A stretch of DNA of 37,681 nt, from IMG/VR virus record IMGVR_UViG_2541047945_000005; one strand, 5' to 3'. Below, piece by piece: positions 9,901-19,076 of the stretch. Numbering within the stretch: position 1 is the first letter of the stretch; every line of letters starts with the position of its first letter. The notes under the pieces were generated by a model. That model was not told the origin of the DNA. It ran no database searches and was given only the letters and a program-made list of their open reading frames with translations. The stretch comes from a virus. Its lineage: Duplodnaviria > Heunggongvirae > Uroviricota > Caudoviricetes. The translations under genes and the position numbers were made by a program.

Positions 9901-10184
9901 GCATCACTGGTAGCGGATGCCGCTGACAGACGGCGCTGCTGGCGCTCAATTTGCTCCATGGTGCGGCTTACCCGCAGCAGCTCGCTGTTGAGATGCTGCA
10001 TCCGGGAAGAACCCAGTTGACCATAACGTTCTGTTGCACGGGTTAAAGCGTTCTGACGTTCCTGCAGGCGGCGTGAGGTATCGCTCAGGGAATCAAGCGC
10101 ACGGCGGGTACCGCTCATTGCAGAACGGAATGTGCTGCCAATCATCCCGCCGATAACAACGCCGACTGAAAACTGTCCCGACAT
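6972..10184 (-). CDS. tail tape measure protein
   Basis: 1070 aa, alpha-helical, low complexity, three internal 87-aa repeats; follows chaperone genes. Confidence 0.85.
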   Translation of the reverse strand: MSGQFSVGVVIGGMIGSTFRSAMSGTRRALDSLSDTSRRLQERQNALTRATERYGQLGSSRMQHLNSELLRVSRTMEQIERQQRRLSAASATSDALKANRMALYGQGIEAYGMAQTVYHTVSPAVQQSMSFQDKMIDMSITAKYDNKTRDALAGQIKGWALKYNQYQDELQEAVGSLISDNIDNVSDIGFLMPDIARAATATRTSAQDWAKVAAVWQNSLKGAARDFGAVQNIMAYAGDQGSFEIPDQVKWMQSLAPMMAGLASGKEAVAEIGASLQIAKIGAGSTDEAANNFKNFLTKIFARDTQKQFADLGIDLQGSIASYKAAGISPIEGMLSVIERYLNAKSPEALAGFKSAMKIKNDTARDEALQALAKNFGLGDMFADMQVMAFIRPMLANMDRYREIRAGALRAADNDLLASAYDQRLKSPLEATKTLMVSSRDLAITLGDQLAPSFISLTQELLPLIQGTKHWVATHPQFVSGAFKLISALLAIKIATIGLKLGLNLLISPFVNVWKTTVLLRTNWHRLTTALGEGGKLRWLVTGFSRLTSGGLKLSKVLAGSLVRGFMSAARAVLWIGRALMMNPIGLVITAVATAAYLIYRNWGAVSGWFKQRWADIQEAFNGGIVGIGKLLINWSPAGLLYKAFAAALKYFGVALPAKFTDFGGHLIDGLINGIKSKWGSLKSSVTGMGDSISSWFKQRWADIQEAFNGGIVGIGKLLINWSPAGLLYKAFAAALKYFGVALPAKFTDFGGHLIDGLINGIKNKWGSLKSSVTGMGDSISSWFKQCWADIQEAFNGGIAGTGKLLINWSPAGLLYKAFAAALKYLGVDLPAKFTDFGGHLVDGLINGIKNKWESLKSSVTGMGDSISGWFSEKLGIHSPSRVFMGFGDNIAQGAAIGLQRTTPLAALAGQRMASELLPRMPVSIQGPEIRDNTSGVRFSMPLPDINGFMSSAKNAIGAVINSLSSMPVIPLSTRASILPGQRLANEMTPDVPRIPSPEILAAGYSGRGAAATGGGTSGGIQVSFNPQFFLNGRETTAPAGLTGALNMSLHELEKMLERLLAQKQRKEYR
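7572..8354. repeat. three tandem 261-bp repeats within the tape measure gene
   Basis: Unit starts at 7572, 7833 and 8094; copies 2 and 3 nearly identical; encode three 87-aa repeats. Confidence 0.9.
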
Positions 10185-10259
10185 AGTGGTTAACCTCCGG
10201 GGAAGGTGAAAAGACGTGAGGGGATAACGCAGAACAGCCGCTACTGGCGGCTGTCTGTA

Positions 10260-10517
10260 CTATGATTTGTCGCCGTACTCGCTTTTGATTTGCTCTTCAG
10301 CCTGCTCCAGCCACATCTCCAGATCGTCAGTATCGAGGGCATCAATCTCCCCCGGCTGAAACCGGAACCATCTCGCCAGCAGCCCCTGCGCCTGCGTCAG
10401 CGCCCTGGTTGCTCTCACCCATCCCCGTGATGAGCTGAAATCGTTTCTGTAACTGCAGGTAATCAGCCAGATCCATATTGTCGAGATCTTCCGGGAGAAG
10501 ACCAGTACTGCGGGCAA
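10260..10517 (-). CDS. overlapping alternative-frame ORF; candidate frameshift extension of the tail assembly chaperone
   Basis: 85-aa ORF in the +1 frame overlapping the 3' half of 10342-10677 and ending before the tape measure. Confidence 0.4.
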   Translation of the reverse strand: MPAVLVFSRKISTIWIWLITCSYRNDFSSSRGWVRATRALTQAQGLLARWFRFQPGEIDALDTDDLEMWLEQAEEQIKSEYGDKS

Positions 10518-10677
10518 TCAGCGGTTCGTCCCAGTCTGCCGGGTTTTTGCTGATTTTGCGCACCTGCTTCAGGTCTTTTACCGTCAGGCGTTTCAGTTCA
10601 ACCAGCTCAATTCTGGTGCCTGCAGCAGTGGTGAAGGGATAAGACAATTTAAAAGTATCGGATGGGGTCTGTGACAT
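10342..10677 (-). CDS. tail assembly chaperone (P2 gpE-like, Mu gp41-like)
   Basis: 111 aa between tube and tape measure; AGGAG 7 nt upstream of ATG. Confidence 0.6.
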   Translation of the reverse strand: MSQTPSDTFKLSYPFTTAAGTRIELVELKRLTVKDLKQVRKISKNPADWDEPLIARSTGLLPEDLDNMDLADYLQLQKRFQLITGMGESNQGADAGAGAAGEMVPVSAGGD

Positions 10678-10728
10678 GATTGTGCTCCTGTGTAAGTTCA
10701 GGGCAGTATGTCGGGAGAAGCGCGTGAC

Positions 10729-10752
10729 GGATATTAAAGGAGATTAAGAAGA
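10729..10752 (-). promoter_or_regulatory. conserved late-operon motif, copy 2
   Basis: cggATATTAAAGGAGATTAAGAAg, about 52 nt upstream of the chaperone ATG; GC hairpin at 10754-10767 just upstream. Confidence 0.5.
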
Positions 10753-10774
10753 AGGGGCCGGAGCCCCTGTGATG

Positions 10775-11056
10775 TCAGCAAGTGCGAAACCCCTTGCAGT
10801 TACGCAGGAAAGCGATGAGAAGCGTCTTTCCCTCAGATTTGCCGATGCCGGAGAACCAGTGGTCGGGAGGCTCCCATGCTTCAATCAAATCCGCCAGTTT
10901 GCGGGCCTTTGAACGTGTGCAGTCAATCGGGTCATTGGTTTTACGGGTATTAAAAAGGGTTTCCACCCCCGGAATATCAAGGAGGGTAAACCACGTACCA
11001 TTTGACATGCCCAGTGCCGCACATCGTCCTCCTTTATCCGTCAGTTCAACACTCAC
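10775..11056 (-). CDS. hypothetical small protein between tube and chaperone genes
   Basis: 93-aa ORF; no recognised motif; an antisense ORF (10782-11075) overlaps it. Confidence 0.3.
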   Translation of the reverse strand: MSVELTDKGGRCAALGMSNGTWFTLLDIPGVETLFNTRKTNDPIDCTRSKARKLADLIEAWEPPDHWFSGIGKSEGKTLLIAFLRNCKGFRTC

Positions 11057-11058
11057 CG

Positions 11059-11580
11059 TCAGCCCCCGATATTGATACGGTAGTCAGTCAGTTGATCAAC
11101 ACCGCCGACCCGGAAGATGTTGGCCAGATAGTCCAGTTGCAGCAGCTCTTCACCATCCAGTACCTGTCTGATATACGTGCAGGTGAAGCTACTGGAGAAC
11201 TCGGCGTTCTCGTGCTGTTTGAACGTCCCCAGCGGGTTCTTCTTGAACATAATCGTCAGGAAGGTGACCAGCGGGATTTCGTCAATCAGCCCCTGCGAGC
11301 TGTAGCGCTGGACGCTGGAACGACACTGCAGTGCCAGCGACCTGTACGGGTTCGCGGCAGACAGCATCGCATCGCGGTAAAAGCTGTTCCATTTGATTTC
11401 GCCTTCCAGCTTGTCAAAACCAGCCGGGAGTTCCACCTTACCCACCATCCCCAGCGCCTTGTGTTCCTGCATAATCATGGAGACATCGGGGAGTTTGACT
11501 TCCTCAGCCCGTCCCAGCAGGTTAGTACCATCCAGATAGATGTTGGCATTCGTGATGCGGTTTATCTCAATCTTTGACAT
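11059..11580 (-). CDS. tail tube protein (Mu M-like)
   Basis: 173 aa immediately downstream of the sheath gene, overlapping start/stop. Confidence 0.7.
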   Translation of the reverse strand: MSKIEINRITNANIYLDGTNLLGRAEEVKLPDVSMIMQEHKALGMVGKVELPAGFDKLEGEIKWNSFYRDAMLSAANPYRSLALQCRSSVQRYSSQGLIDEIPLVTFLTIMFKKNPLGTFKQHENAEFSSSFTCTYIRQVLDGEELLQLDYLANIFRVGGVDQLTDYRINIGG

Positions 11581-13007
11581 CAGTTGCCCCCTTTCAGGGT
11601 TAACAGGTATTCCGAGGTGATCTCAGTCTCAAACGTCAGTCGCTCCAGCGGCGGTGGTGGCGTATATTTGTAGCTCAGCAACAGGTGCCCGGCGGCCAGC
11701 TCCGTCTCCGGATTGCGGGCCGGATCAAACCAGCAACGGAAGCCCAGTACCGCACCATCACCAGTCATTTTGCGACCGTAGGCGTTGACCGACTCCGTCA
11801 GTGCATCAATCAGCGCCTGAGTAATCGGCATGTCGATGTACTGCTGGCTGAAATAACGAATGGACTCGTTGATCACATCACCGGTGCGGCGAACGTTCTC
11901 AAAGTTACGCATATGGGTGACCGTTGGCCATGCTGCCGTCCGGTTACCCCACAGACGAAGGCCGCTGCCGTAACTGCTGAATACCGTGGTGATCCCCTGT
12001 TCGTTAAGCAGGTTCACCTCACTCTGCGGGTCATCAATCATCGCGGACAGCTGGCGCTCCACGCCGGTGATCCCCAGAATCTCCTGATTGGAGGATGACC
12101 ACCAGTAGCCCTTGTCCAGATCGACTCTGGCACGCAGACCTGCTGCACGCTGGCTGAGCGGCTCCAGACGCTCTGTGTTTGTCACCGGGTCATATACCTT
12201 CACATGCGGATAGCACAGACGGACGCGGTCGGAGCTGGTATTGAAGTTGATGGTGCCTTCCGGGCCACGACCTGCCAGAGCCTGTGCAAAGGTGGTACCG
12301 ACAGGCGCATCAATGTAGGTTACCGCGCCCAGCTTCTCTGCCATGGCGATAAGCTCAACTGCGACACTCTTCTGGGTGCAGAACACCGGCGCAATCAGAA
12401 TTTTGGCGAAATAGCCGTACAGGTTGAAGCTGTCGTTAAGCAGCTTCATGCCGGTTCGGTTTCCGGCGCTGTTCACCCCGCCGATGATGTCCGCCGCAGT
12501 CACCTTCGACGGGTCCGCGTACTCATAGCTCACCTTCACGCTGCCACCGGCCTCAATAGCCTTGCCCAGGTTCGTGAGCACACCCGCCTGCGCATCAACA
12601 CGGTAGTCCGTGTTCGCCGTGTGGGTGGTGCTGCCTTCACTGTTTTTCACCACCACATTAGCGACAACCGGATGCGCCAGTCTGGCCTGCCCTGTCGATT
12701 TGTCAAAGGTAACCACCTCATCCTCGATCGCCGTTTTATGTTTCGCCGGGTCGAGGACGTTAATGACCAGAACGGTGCCTGCACCATGGTCATAAATCGC
12801 ATCCAGCGCCTGCGGAATGGTAAAGCCGGTGAACTGGCTGCCAAATGCCGCTGCGTCTTTCTCAGACAGGCACTGTACCAGCGTATTGACATCCCCCATC
12901 GGGGCGGTACCAATCAGGCCAATAACGGCAGATTTCACCGTTTTAACCGGGCGGGCTCCGTTTTCCACCTCAATGGTTTCGGGACCATGCAGATAGTTAG
13001 CTGCCAT
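11580..13007 (-). CDS. contractile tail sheath protein (Mu L-like)
   Basis: 475-aa ORF in sheath-tube order. Confidence 0.8.
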   Translation of the reverse strand: MAANYLHGPETIEVENGARPVKTVKSAVIGLIGTAPMGDVNTLVQCLSEKDAAAFGSQFTGFTIPQALDAIYDHGAGTVLVINVLDPAKHKTAIEDEVVTFDKSTGQARLAHPVVANVVVKNSEGSTTHTANTDYRVDAQAGVLTNLGKAIEAGGSVKVSYEYADPSKVTAADIIGGVNSAGNRTGMKLLNDSFNLYGYFAKILIAPVFCTQKSVAVELIAMAEKLGAVTYIDAPVGTTFAQALAGRGPEGTINFNTSSDRVRLCYPHVKVYDPVTNTERLEPLSQRAAGLRARVDLDKGYWWSSSNQEILGITGVERQLSAMIDDPQSEVNLLNEQGITTVFSSYGSGLRLWGNRTAAWPTVTHMRNFENVRRTGDVINESIRYFSQQYIDMPITQALIDALTESVNAYGRKMTGDGAVLGFRCWFDPARNPETELAAGHLLLSYKYTPPPPLERLTFETEITSEYLLTLKGGN

Positions 13008-13251
13008 GGGCGTCCTCCGTTTTCACTTCGCTGTCACTGCTGCTTCTGCGCTTTGGTGACTGCACAGCCGGTGTGACGGCGGGTTTAGTATCTTCTGGTA
13101 CCGGCGTCAGATGCTTCAGCGCCACCAGTACCTTCACGTAGTCATGCTCCTCCGGCAGGGAAACCGTCTTCCCCGGCCAGAGCAGGATTTCGGTTCCGTC
13201 CGACAGCGTGACGCCGCTGGCCGGGCCGGAATAGCGGTATTCTTTCATCAC
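12997..13251 (-). CDS. small conserved phage protein (Mu gp38-like)
   Basis: 84-aa ORF in the conserved head-tail joining block. Confidence 0.45.
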   Translation of the reverse strand: MMKEYRYSGPASGVTLSDGTEILLWPGKTVSLPEEHDYVKVLVALKHLTPVPEDTKPAVTPAVQSPKRRSSSDSEVKTEDAHGS

Positions 13252-13712
13252 TCGCTTTCCTCATAGTTCACTTCGGTTAACAGCGGGCCGGACGGTAAAT
13301 CGCTGTCTTCGATAAAGATGCTTTCAGTCGCGAAGTCGAGGGCGTATTGCCACAGCCCCCTGACTTCACCGATAAACACCTCGCGGGTCAGCCAGATACG
13401 GCAGCGGCACCCGGGCGGGGTGTGGCCACCGAGAATGCGGCGGACAGCATCCAGGACATTAATCGCCCCTTTTTTACCGTTGAGCTGGCGGAAGACCACC
13501 GTGACGCAGAGCTGGATAGTCTGAGACTGGATCACCGCACCGGTATCATCCGGCCTGTCAAAGCGCGAACCGGCATAGCTCAGCAGCAACGCGCCAACCG
13601 GATGGTTCAGGCGATATTCAGCCGGTTTCTCCGGGAAGTACTCCACCTGCAGTTGCGGCAGCTTCTCGCGTAACCGGGCCAGCACCGCATCAAGGACGGG
13701 CAGAACGTTCAT
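13248..13712 (-). CDS. head-tail joining protein (Mu gp37-like)
   Basis: 154-aa ORF; ATGA overlap with neighbours. Confidence 0.5.
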   Translation of the reverse strand: MNVLPVLDAVLARLREKLPQLQVEYFPEKPAEYRLNHPVGALLLSYAGSRFDRPDDTGAVIQSQTIQLCVTVVFRQLNGKKGAINVLDAVRRILGGHTPPGCRCRIWLTREVFIGEVRGLWQYALDFATESIFIEDSDLPSGPLLTEVNYEESE

Positions 13713-14158
13713 CAGTATTTCTCCAGTAAACCGTCACGACCGCCGAAAGTGGCCGGGCGACTGCGTACACGAAACTCGCCAGGCTCAGGCACATCTTTCT
13801 GAGTGGACGGCAGCCCCAGCGTGAGCCTGTTATCACGTAACTCCCTGAGTTGCCGCAGCGCTTCTTTGTGGTCATCCTTCACCGTATCCGGGAGGTCACC
13901 TTCCGGGCGGCGGGCGTAGAGCCGGTAACGGACCAGCGTGATGGCAATGTCCCGCAGAACAGTCGGTATCTCTGCCAGTGGCAGGATATAGCGTCCGCGC
14001 AGATGGGCATCAATCAGCTCGTCGGCATAGCGGATACAGCTGTCCACCACACGGGTATTCACTGTTGCAGGCGAGTCGAAGTCCATCTCTTCACTGGTGA
14101 GTTCGATAAGCGTCCGCTCCGGCACCTGCGCAAGCAAATCCTCCAGGGTGCAGTACAT
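13712..14158 (-). CDS. head completion protein (Mu gp36-like)
   Basis: Start taken at the internal ATG (14158) that abuts the upstream gene; ORF track extends to 14320. Confidence 0.5.
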   Translation of the reverse strand: MYCTLEDLLAQVPERTLIELTSEEMDFDSPATVNTRVVDSCIRYADELIDAHLRGRYILPLAEIPTVLRDIAITLVRYRLYARRPEGDLPDTVKDDHKEALRQLRELRDNRLTLGLPSTQKDVPEPGEFRVRSRPATFGGRDGLLEKY

Positions 14159-14159
14159 G

Positions 14160-14498
14160 TCACACCCCGCGCAGGATACGAATGACGTCGCCTTCACCCC
14201 CGGCTTCATCAAGTGCAATACCACAGGATTTACCGTCGCCGGACTGCGGCACGGCTCTGGCCTGAGCATCTGACTGAACAGCCACACCACGGCTGACAGC
14301 GGCCCCGGCCTCGACAGCAATAATGCCCAGAACGCTCACCGGCGTGCTGTCGCCGGTAACAGCATCCACTTCGGCAACCCCGAGCGCTGCGGCACCGGCT
14401 TTACAGGGGGTATTATCTGCCCCGACAAAACGCTGCTGTGCCAGTGCTGCCCCTGCCGTTACGGTTGTGATCAGAATGACCTGCTGAGTGGTTCCCAT
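14160..14498 (-). CDS. small Gly/Ala-rich head-associated protein
   Basis: 112 aa; GGAGG before ATG, 9 nt after the capsid gene stop. Confidence 0.45.
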   Translation of the reverse strand: MGTTQQVILITTVTAGAALAQQRFVGADNTPCKAGAAALGVAEVDAVTGDSTPVSVLGIIAVEAGAAVSRGVAVQSDAQARAVPQSGDGKSCGIALDEAGGEGDVIRILRGV

Positions 14499-14507
14499 AA
14501 CGCCTCC

Positions 14508-15461
14508 TTATTTACTGATACCGGTAATGAGATACCCGGCATCGCCACCAACCACGGCGACTTTGTAGATATCGGTATAACGGCAGTACTTCACCTTGCC
14601 ACCGGCTCCGTCGTATTTGTCGGCAACAGGCATCCCCTTACGACGCAGGGTGTAGCCGAAGGACGGCTCGTTCTCGTCCGCGCTGTCCGCCCCCGGCTGC
14701 GGTTTGCCGACATAGTGCAGCATCAGATTGTCTCCCCAGATATCCGCCGGCACGCTGTTCTTATCCATTGCCGCTTTCATGGACGGCAGGGAGACTGGGG
14801 CACCGATGACGATCTCTTCGATCTGAAAGAGGTCCTGCAGGATTTCTGTGGTGATGCGCTTGCGTTCGTTGGCTCCGATGGCGGCCTGAATCGCCGGGTG
14901 GAACTTCAGCAGCGCCATCACGCCGGCCCCCATGGTCATCAGGTTAGGACGCAGCCCCGTGGCCGTACGGACCGCTTCCATACCGGCTTCAATCACCCCG
15001 ATGGGGTCCCCCTTACCACCGGCCCAGCGATCACTGGCTGTCAGTTTTTTGACGTGCCCGGTACGGTAGACCTTTTCATCCTGAGCCAGACGGGCAGCGA
15101 TAAGTTCACGGCGCAGGTTCACGCCATTCGTGGCGCGACGGATGGCCTTGCTCTCTTCGTTAAACATGGACTCCGCCTGCTCGCGATAGTCCACCGGCGC
15201 AGCCAGATCGTGTTCACCCAGCACCAGGTCCAGCGTGCCTGTTTTTTCACGGACCAGAACATTGCTGTCCGCCCCGACGGCACGCTCGGTGTCATATTCC
15301 ACAAAGGCGGTTTTCCCGAAGGTCGGTACACGCACGCCTTCCTTGTCCGTCAGCACGACGGGGAAAATACGTTCGCCGATGAATGCGGCATTTTTATAGC
15401 CACGGGCGATACTGGTCAGTACCGGATCAACGACACGTTTACCTTTTAAGTAATCAGACAT
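14508..15461 (-). CDS. major capsid protein (Mu T-like)
   Basis: 317 aa, follows the protease/scaffold gene. Confidence 0.75.
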   Translation of the reverse strand: MSDYLKGKRVVDPVLTSIARGYKNAAFIGERIFPVVLTDKEGVRVPTFGKTAFVEYDTERAVGADSNVLVREKTGTLDLVLGEHDLAAPVDYREQAESMFNEESKAIRRATNGVNLRRELIAARLAQDEKVYRTGHVKKLTASDRWAGGKGDPIGVIEAGMEAVRTATGLRPNLMTMGAGVMALLKFHPAIQAAIGANERKRITTEILQDLFQIEEIVIGAPVSLPSMKAAMDKNSVPADIWGDNLMLHYVGKPQPGADSADENEPSFGYTLRRKGMPVADKYDGAGGKVKYCRYTDIYKVAVVGGDAGYLITGISK

Positions 15462-15475
15462 GCTCTCTCCTTAAA

Positions 15476-16606
15476 TTACAGGCAGCGTGCGACAGCAGCC
15501 TCATAGCTGATGCCTTCTTTTTTGGACAGGGCCACTGCTTTCTGATGCAGGGCCAGACGCTCAGGATCGGCTTCCGCAAACTCTGCCACATCCACCTTCA
15601 CCGTGTCGCCGACACGCTCTTTTGTGGCCTGTTCGGCGAAATTCATCACCGGCTCCCCGTCGGAGAGCAATGAACGAAAGGCGGTGGCCAGCGGTGTGCG
15701 GCTTTCCCCCTCAGCAAACTCCACCGGCTTGTCGCCACCGGCGACGGCATCCAGCAGGGCAACCACCACGGAGGAGGCGCGGGGAGCCAGACGGCCCTCT
15801 GCGACCAGTTTTTCTGCAAAGGCCACATTGTCCTTATGCAGTTGCTCCTGTCTGACCTGTGCATCACGCGCATCGCGATCAGCAGCCTGCTGCTTCAGGC
15901 GGCGGTTCTCCTCCTGAAGGGTTTCAATCTCTTCTTTTGTCATCGATGATTCCTCGTTACTTGCGGAAGACGGCCCCGGGCCTGTCTCACTGAATTGTGC
16001 ACCTGCTGCATCCTGCGACAGTGTGTCGCGGTACGCCTCTTCGCGCAGACTGTTGAGCTGCCATTCCGGCAGGACTTTTTCTGCCTCGTCCAGACTGAAG
16101 CGGGCGATCAGAAAATCGCGCAGCTTTCCCCACAGGGAGGCATTCGTGATGGCCTGCCAGTCGGCGAACTCCACCACACCTTCTTCCTGCTCACTGAAGG
16201 ACACCTGTTTCAGCCCCTTGATGGAAGGTGGCTGTGCCCCGAGAAAGCCCACATGGCGAAGGTAGAGCACGCCGGGCTTCGGATTGGACGGTGAATCCGG
16301 GAGGTAGAAAGAGGCGGACACTTTTTTGAATCGTCCGTCGGTGACCATCTCAGCAAACTGCGGGTCCAGCTGGGCAGGCTCTGCCATCAGATCGACGCCG
16401 CTGAGCGACAGGGCTTTCACCCAGCCCCACGCCGGGTCTTCCGTTCTGGGATGACCAATCACGAGTGGTGCTTCATGGACGGACGGGTCATAGGCTTTCA
16501 CGCAGGCGGCAAGATCGTCTGGCGTGAACGGCAGTTTTTTGCCGTGCATATCGGTATGAGTACCGGCTTTAAAAGTAAGCGTAAACTGACCGCCGTATGT
16601 AGCCAT
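15476..16606 (-). CDS. head protease/scaffold protein (Mu I-like); native 5' end separated by the IS66 insertion, current start codon lies inside the IS inverted repeat
   Basis: 376-aa ORF with coiled-coil C-terminal half; first 11 codons (MATYGGQFTLT) are IS sequence; native ATG at 19131 is in frame once the IS and one duplication copy are removed. Confidence 0.65.
   Translation of the reverse strand: MATYGGQFTLTFKAGTHTDMHGKKLPFTPDDLAACVKAYDPSVHEAPLVIGHPRTEDPAWGWVKALSLSGVDLMAEPAQLDPQFAEMVTDGRFKKVSASFYLPDSPSNPKPGVLYLRHVGFLGAQPPSIKGLKQVSFSEQEEGVVEFADWQAITNASLWGKLRDFLIARFSLDEAEKVLPEWQLNSLREEAYRDTLSQDAAGAQFSETGPGPSSASNEESSMTKEEIETLQEENRRLKQQAADRDARDAQVRQEQLHKDNVAFAEKLVAEGRLAPRASSVVVALLDAVAGGDKPVEFAEGESRTPLATAFRSLLSDGEPVMNFAEQATKERVGDTVKVDVAEFAEADPERLALHQKAVALSKKEGISYEAAVARCL
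16567..16574. repeat. 8-bp target-site duplication (left copy) CTTTAAAA
   Basis: Identical to 19107-19114, directly flanking the IS termini. Confidence 0.85.
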
Positions 16607-16659
16607 CAGACGAGAATTGGTAACTTAGACGCCCATCTGATATAGACGGACATCTAAGT

Positions 16660-17085
16660 ATGGAATTACAGGACTGGCGAAAAGAACCTCGTAAAAACTA
16701 TTCGAATGAATTCAAACTTCGTATGGTGGAACTGGCATCACAACCTGGAGCTTGTGTTGCACAGATTGCACGTGAAAATGGCGTCAATGATAATGTTATT
16801 TTCAAATGGCTCAGGCTCTGGCAGAACGAAGGGCGTGTTTCGCGGCGTCTTCCGGTAACGACCTCTTCTGACACTGGCGTTGAATTATTACCTGTAGAAA
16901 TAACGCCGGATGAGCAGAAAGAACCTGTGGCGGCCATTGCGCCGTCTTTATCCACTTCCACTCAGACCAGAGTCAGTGCCAGTTCCTGCAAGGTGGAATT
17001 CCGTCACGGTAACATGACGCTGGAAAATCCATCGCCAGAGCTGCTCACAGTGTTGATCCGTGAACTGACCGGGAGGGGAAGATGA
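16660..17085 (+). CDS. tnpA: IS66 accessory protein TnpA (orf1)
   Basis: 141 aa, first ORF of the IS66 triad. Confidence 0.8.
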   Translation: MELQDWRKEPRKNYSNEFKLRMVELASQPGACVAQIARENGVNDNVIFKWLRLWQNEGRVSRRLPVTTSSDTGVELLPVEITPDEQKEPVAAIAPSLSTSTQTRVSASSCKVEFRHGNMTLENPSPELLTVLIRELTGRGR

Positions 17086-17432
17086 TCTCACTCCCATCAG
17101 GTACCCGTATCTGGCTCGTTGCCGGCGTTACCGATATGCGTAAATCCTTCAACGGACTGGGAGAACAGGTACAACATGTGCTGAATGATAATCCCTTCTC
17201 CGGTCACCTGTTTATCTTCCGTGGCCGACGGGGTGACACCGTCAAAATTCTTTGGGCTGATGCTGATGGTCTGTGCCTGTTCACCAAACGCCTGGAGGAA
17301 GGCCAGTTTATCTGGCCTGCGGTACGTGACGGCAAGGTATCCATTACCCGCTCGCAACTGGCAATGCTCCTCGATAAGCTGGACTGGCGTCAGCCAAAAA
17401 CATCCAGCCGTAACTCACTGACAATGTTGTAA
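17082..17432 (+). CDS. tnpB: IS66 TnpB (orf2)
   Basis: 116 aa, ATGA overlap with tnpA. Confidence 0.8.
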   Translation: MISLPSGTRIWLVAGVTDMRKSFNGLGEQVQHVLNDNPFSGHLFIFRGRRGDTVKILWADADGLCLFTKRLEEGQFIWPAVRDGKVSITRSQLAMLLDKLDWRQPKTSSRNSLTML

Positions 17433-17462
17433 AAAACTCCTGACCGCATTATAAAAACGGTC

Positions 17463-19076
17463 ATGAGTCAGAAATACCTCATTCGCATCGCAGAGCTGGA
17501 AAGGTTGCTCTCTGAGCAGGCTGAAGCCCTCCGTCAGAAAGACCAGCAACTGAGTCTGGTTGAAGAGACGGAAGCCTTCCTGCGCTCTGCACTGACACGT
17601 GCCGAAGAAAAGATCGAAGAAGATGAACGGGAAATAGAACATCTGCGGGCTCAGATAGAAAAACTGCGCCGGATGCTGTTCGGTACCCGTTCTGAAAAAC
17701 TGCGTCGTGAAGTTGAACTGGCTGAGGCTCTGCTGAAACAACGTGAACAGGACAGCGATCGTTACAGTGGGCGGGAAGACGATCCTCAGGTTCCCCGCCA
17801 GTTGCGACAGTCGCGCCATCGTCGTCCGTTACCGGCACACCTTCCCCGTGAAATACACCGCCTGGAGCCAGAAGAAAGCTGTTGCCCGGAGTGTGGCGGT
17901 GAGCTGGATTATCTGGGGGAAGTCAGCGCTGAACAGCTGGAACTGGTGAGCAGTGCCCTGAAAGTGATCCGCACAGAACGGGTAAAAAAAGCCTGTACAA
18001 AATGTGACTGTATTGTTGAAGCACCGGCGCCGTCCCGCCCGATAGAGCGTGGTATCGCGGGCCCCGGATTACTTGCCCGCGTGTTAACGGGAAAATACTG
18101 CGAACATCTGCCACTGTATCGTCAGAGTGAAATCTTTGCCCGCCAGGGTGTCGAACTGAGCCGGGCCTTACTCTCCAACTGGGTTGACGCGTGCTGCCAG
18201 TTAATGACACCGGTGAATGATGCCCTGTACCGTTATGTAATGAACACCCGCAAGGTTCACACTGATGACACACCGGTAAAGGTACTGGCACCGGGTCAGA
18301 AAAAGGCGAAAACAGGGCGTATCTGGACGTATGTCCGGGATGATCGCAATGTGGGTTCGTCATCTCCTCCAGCGGTCTGGTTCGCGTACTCGCCGAACCG
18401 GCAGGGGAAACACCCGGAGCAACACCTCCGCCCCTTCCGGGGTATCCTGCAGGCGGATGCGTTCACAGGTTACGACAGGTTGTTCAGTGCAGAACGTGAA
18501 GGTGGTGCACTGACAGAAGTTGCGTGCTGGGCCCATGCCCGGCGAAAAATCCACGATGTATACATCAGCAGCAAAAGTGCGACGGCAGAAGAAGCCCTGA
18601 AGCGAATCAGTGAACTGTACGCCATCGAGGATGAAATACGGGGATTACCGGAGTCAGAGCGTCTTGCCGTCAGGCAGCAGCGAAGCAAAGTGTTACTGAC
18701 GTCGCTGCATGAATGGATGGTGGAGAAGAATGGTACGCTGTCGAAAAAATCCAGACTGGGCGAAGCGTTCAGCTATGTACTGAATCAGTGGGATGCCCTC
18801 TGTTATTACAGTGATGACGGTCTGGCGGAGGCGGATAATAATGCTGCGGAAAGAGCGCTTCGTGCAGTCTGTCTCGGAAAGAAAAACTTTATGTTCTTTG
18901 GCAGCGATCACGGCGGCGAGCGTGGAGCACTGTTGTACGGGCTGATCGGCACCTGCCGTCTGAACGGTATCGATCCGGAAGCGTATCTGCGCCATATCCT
19001 GAGCGTACTGCCGGAATGGCCTTCCAACCGAGTTGACGAACTCCTGCCATGGAACGTAGTACTCACCAATAAATAA
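17463..19076 (+). CDS. tnpC: IS66 transposase TnpC (orf3)
   Basis: 537 aa; N-terminal coiled coil, CxxC...CxxC zinc motif. Confidence 0.85.
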   Translation: MSQKYLIRIAELERLLSEQAEALRQKDQQLSLVEETEAFLRSALTRAEEKIEEDEREIEHLRAQIEKLRRMLFGTRSEKLRREVELAEALLKQREQDSDRYSGREDDPQVPRQLRQSRHRRPLPAHLPREIHRLEPEESCCPECGGELDYLGEVSAEQLELVSSALKVIRTERVKKACTKCDCIVEAPAPSRPIERGIAGPGLLARVLTGKYCEHLPLYRQSEIFARQGVELSRALLSNWVDACCQLMTPVNDALYRYVMNTRKVHTDDTPVKVLAPGQKKAKTGRIWTYVRDDRNVGSSSPPAVWFAYSPNRQGKHPEQHLRPFRGILQADAFTGYDRLFSAEREGGALTEVACWAHARRKIHDVYISSKSATAEEALKRISELYAIEDEIRGLPESERLAVRQQRSKVLLTSLHEWMVEKNGTLSKKSRLGEAFSYVLNQWDALCYYSDDGLAEADNNAAERALRAVCLGKKNFMFFGSDHGGERGALLYGLIGTCRLNGIDPEAYLRHILSVLPEWPSNRVDELLPWNVVLTNK

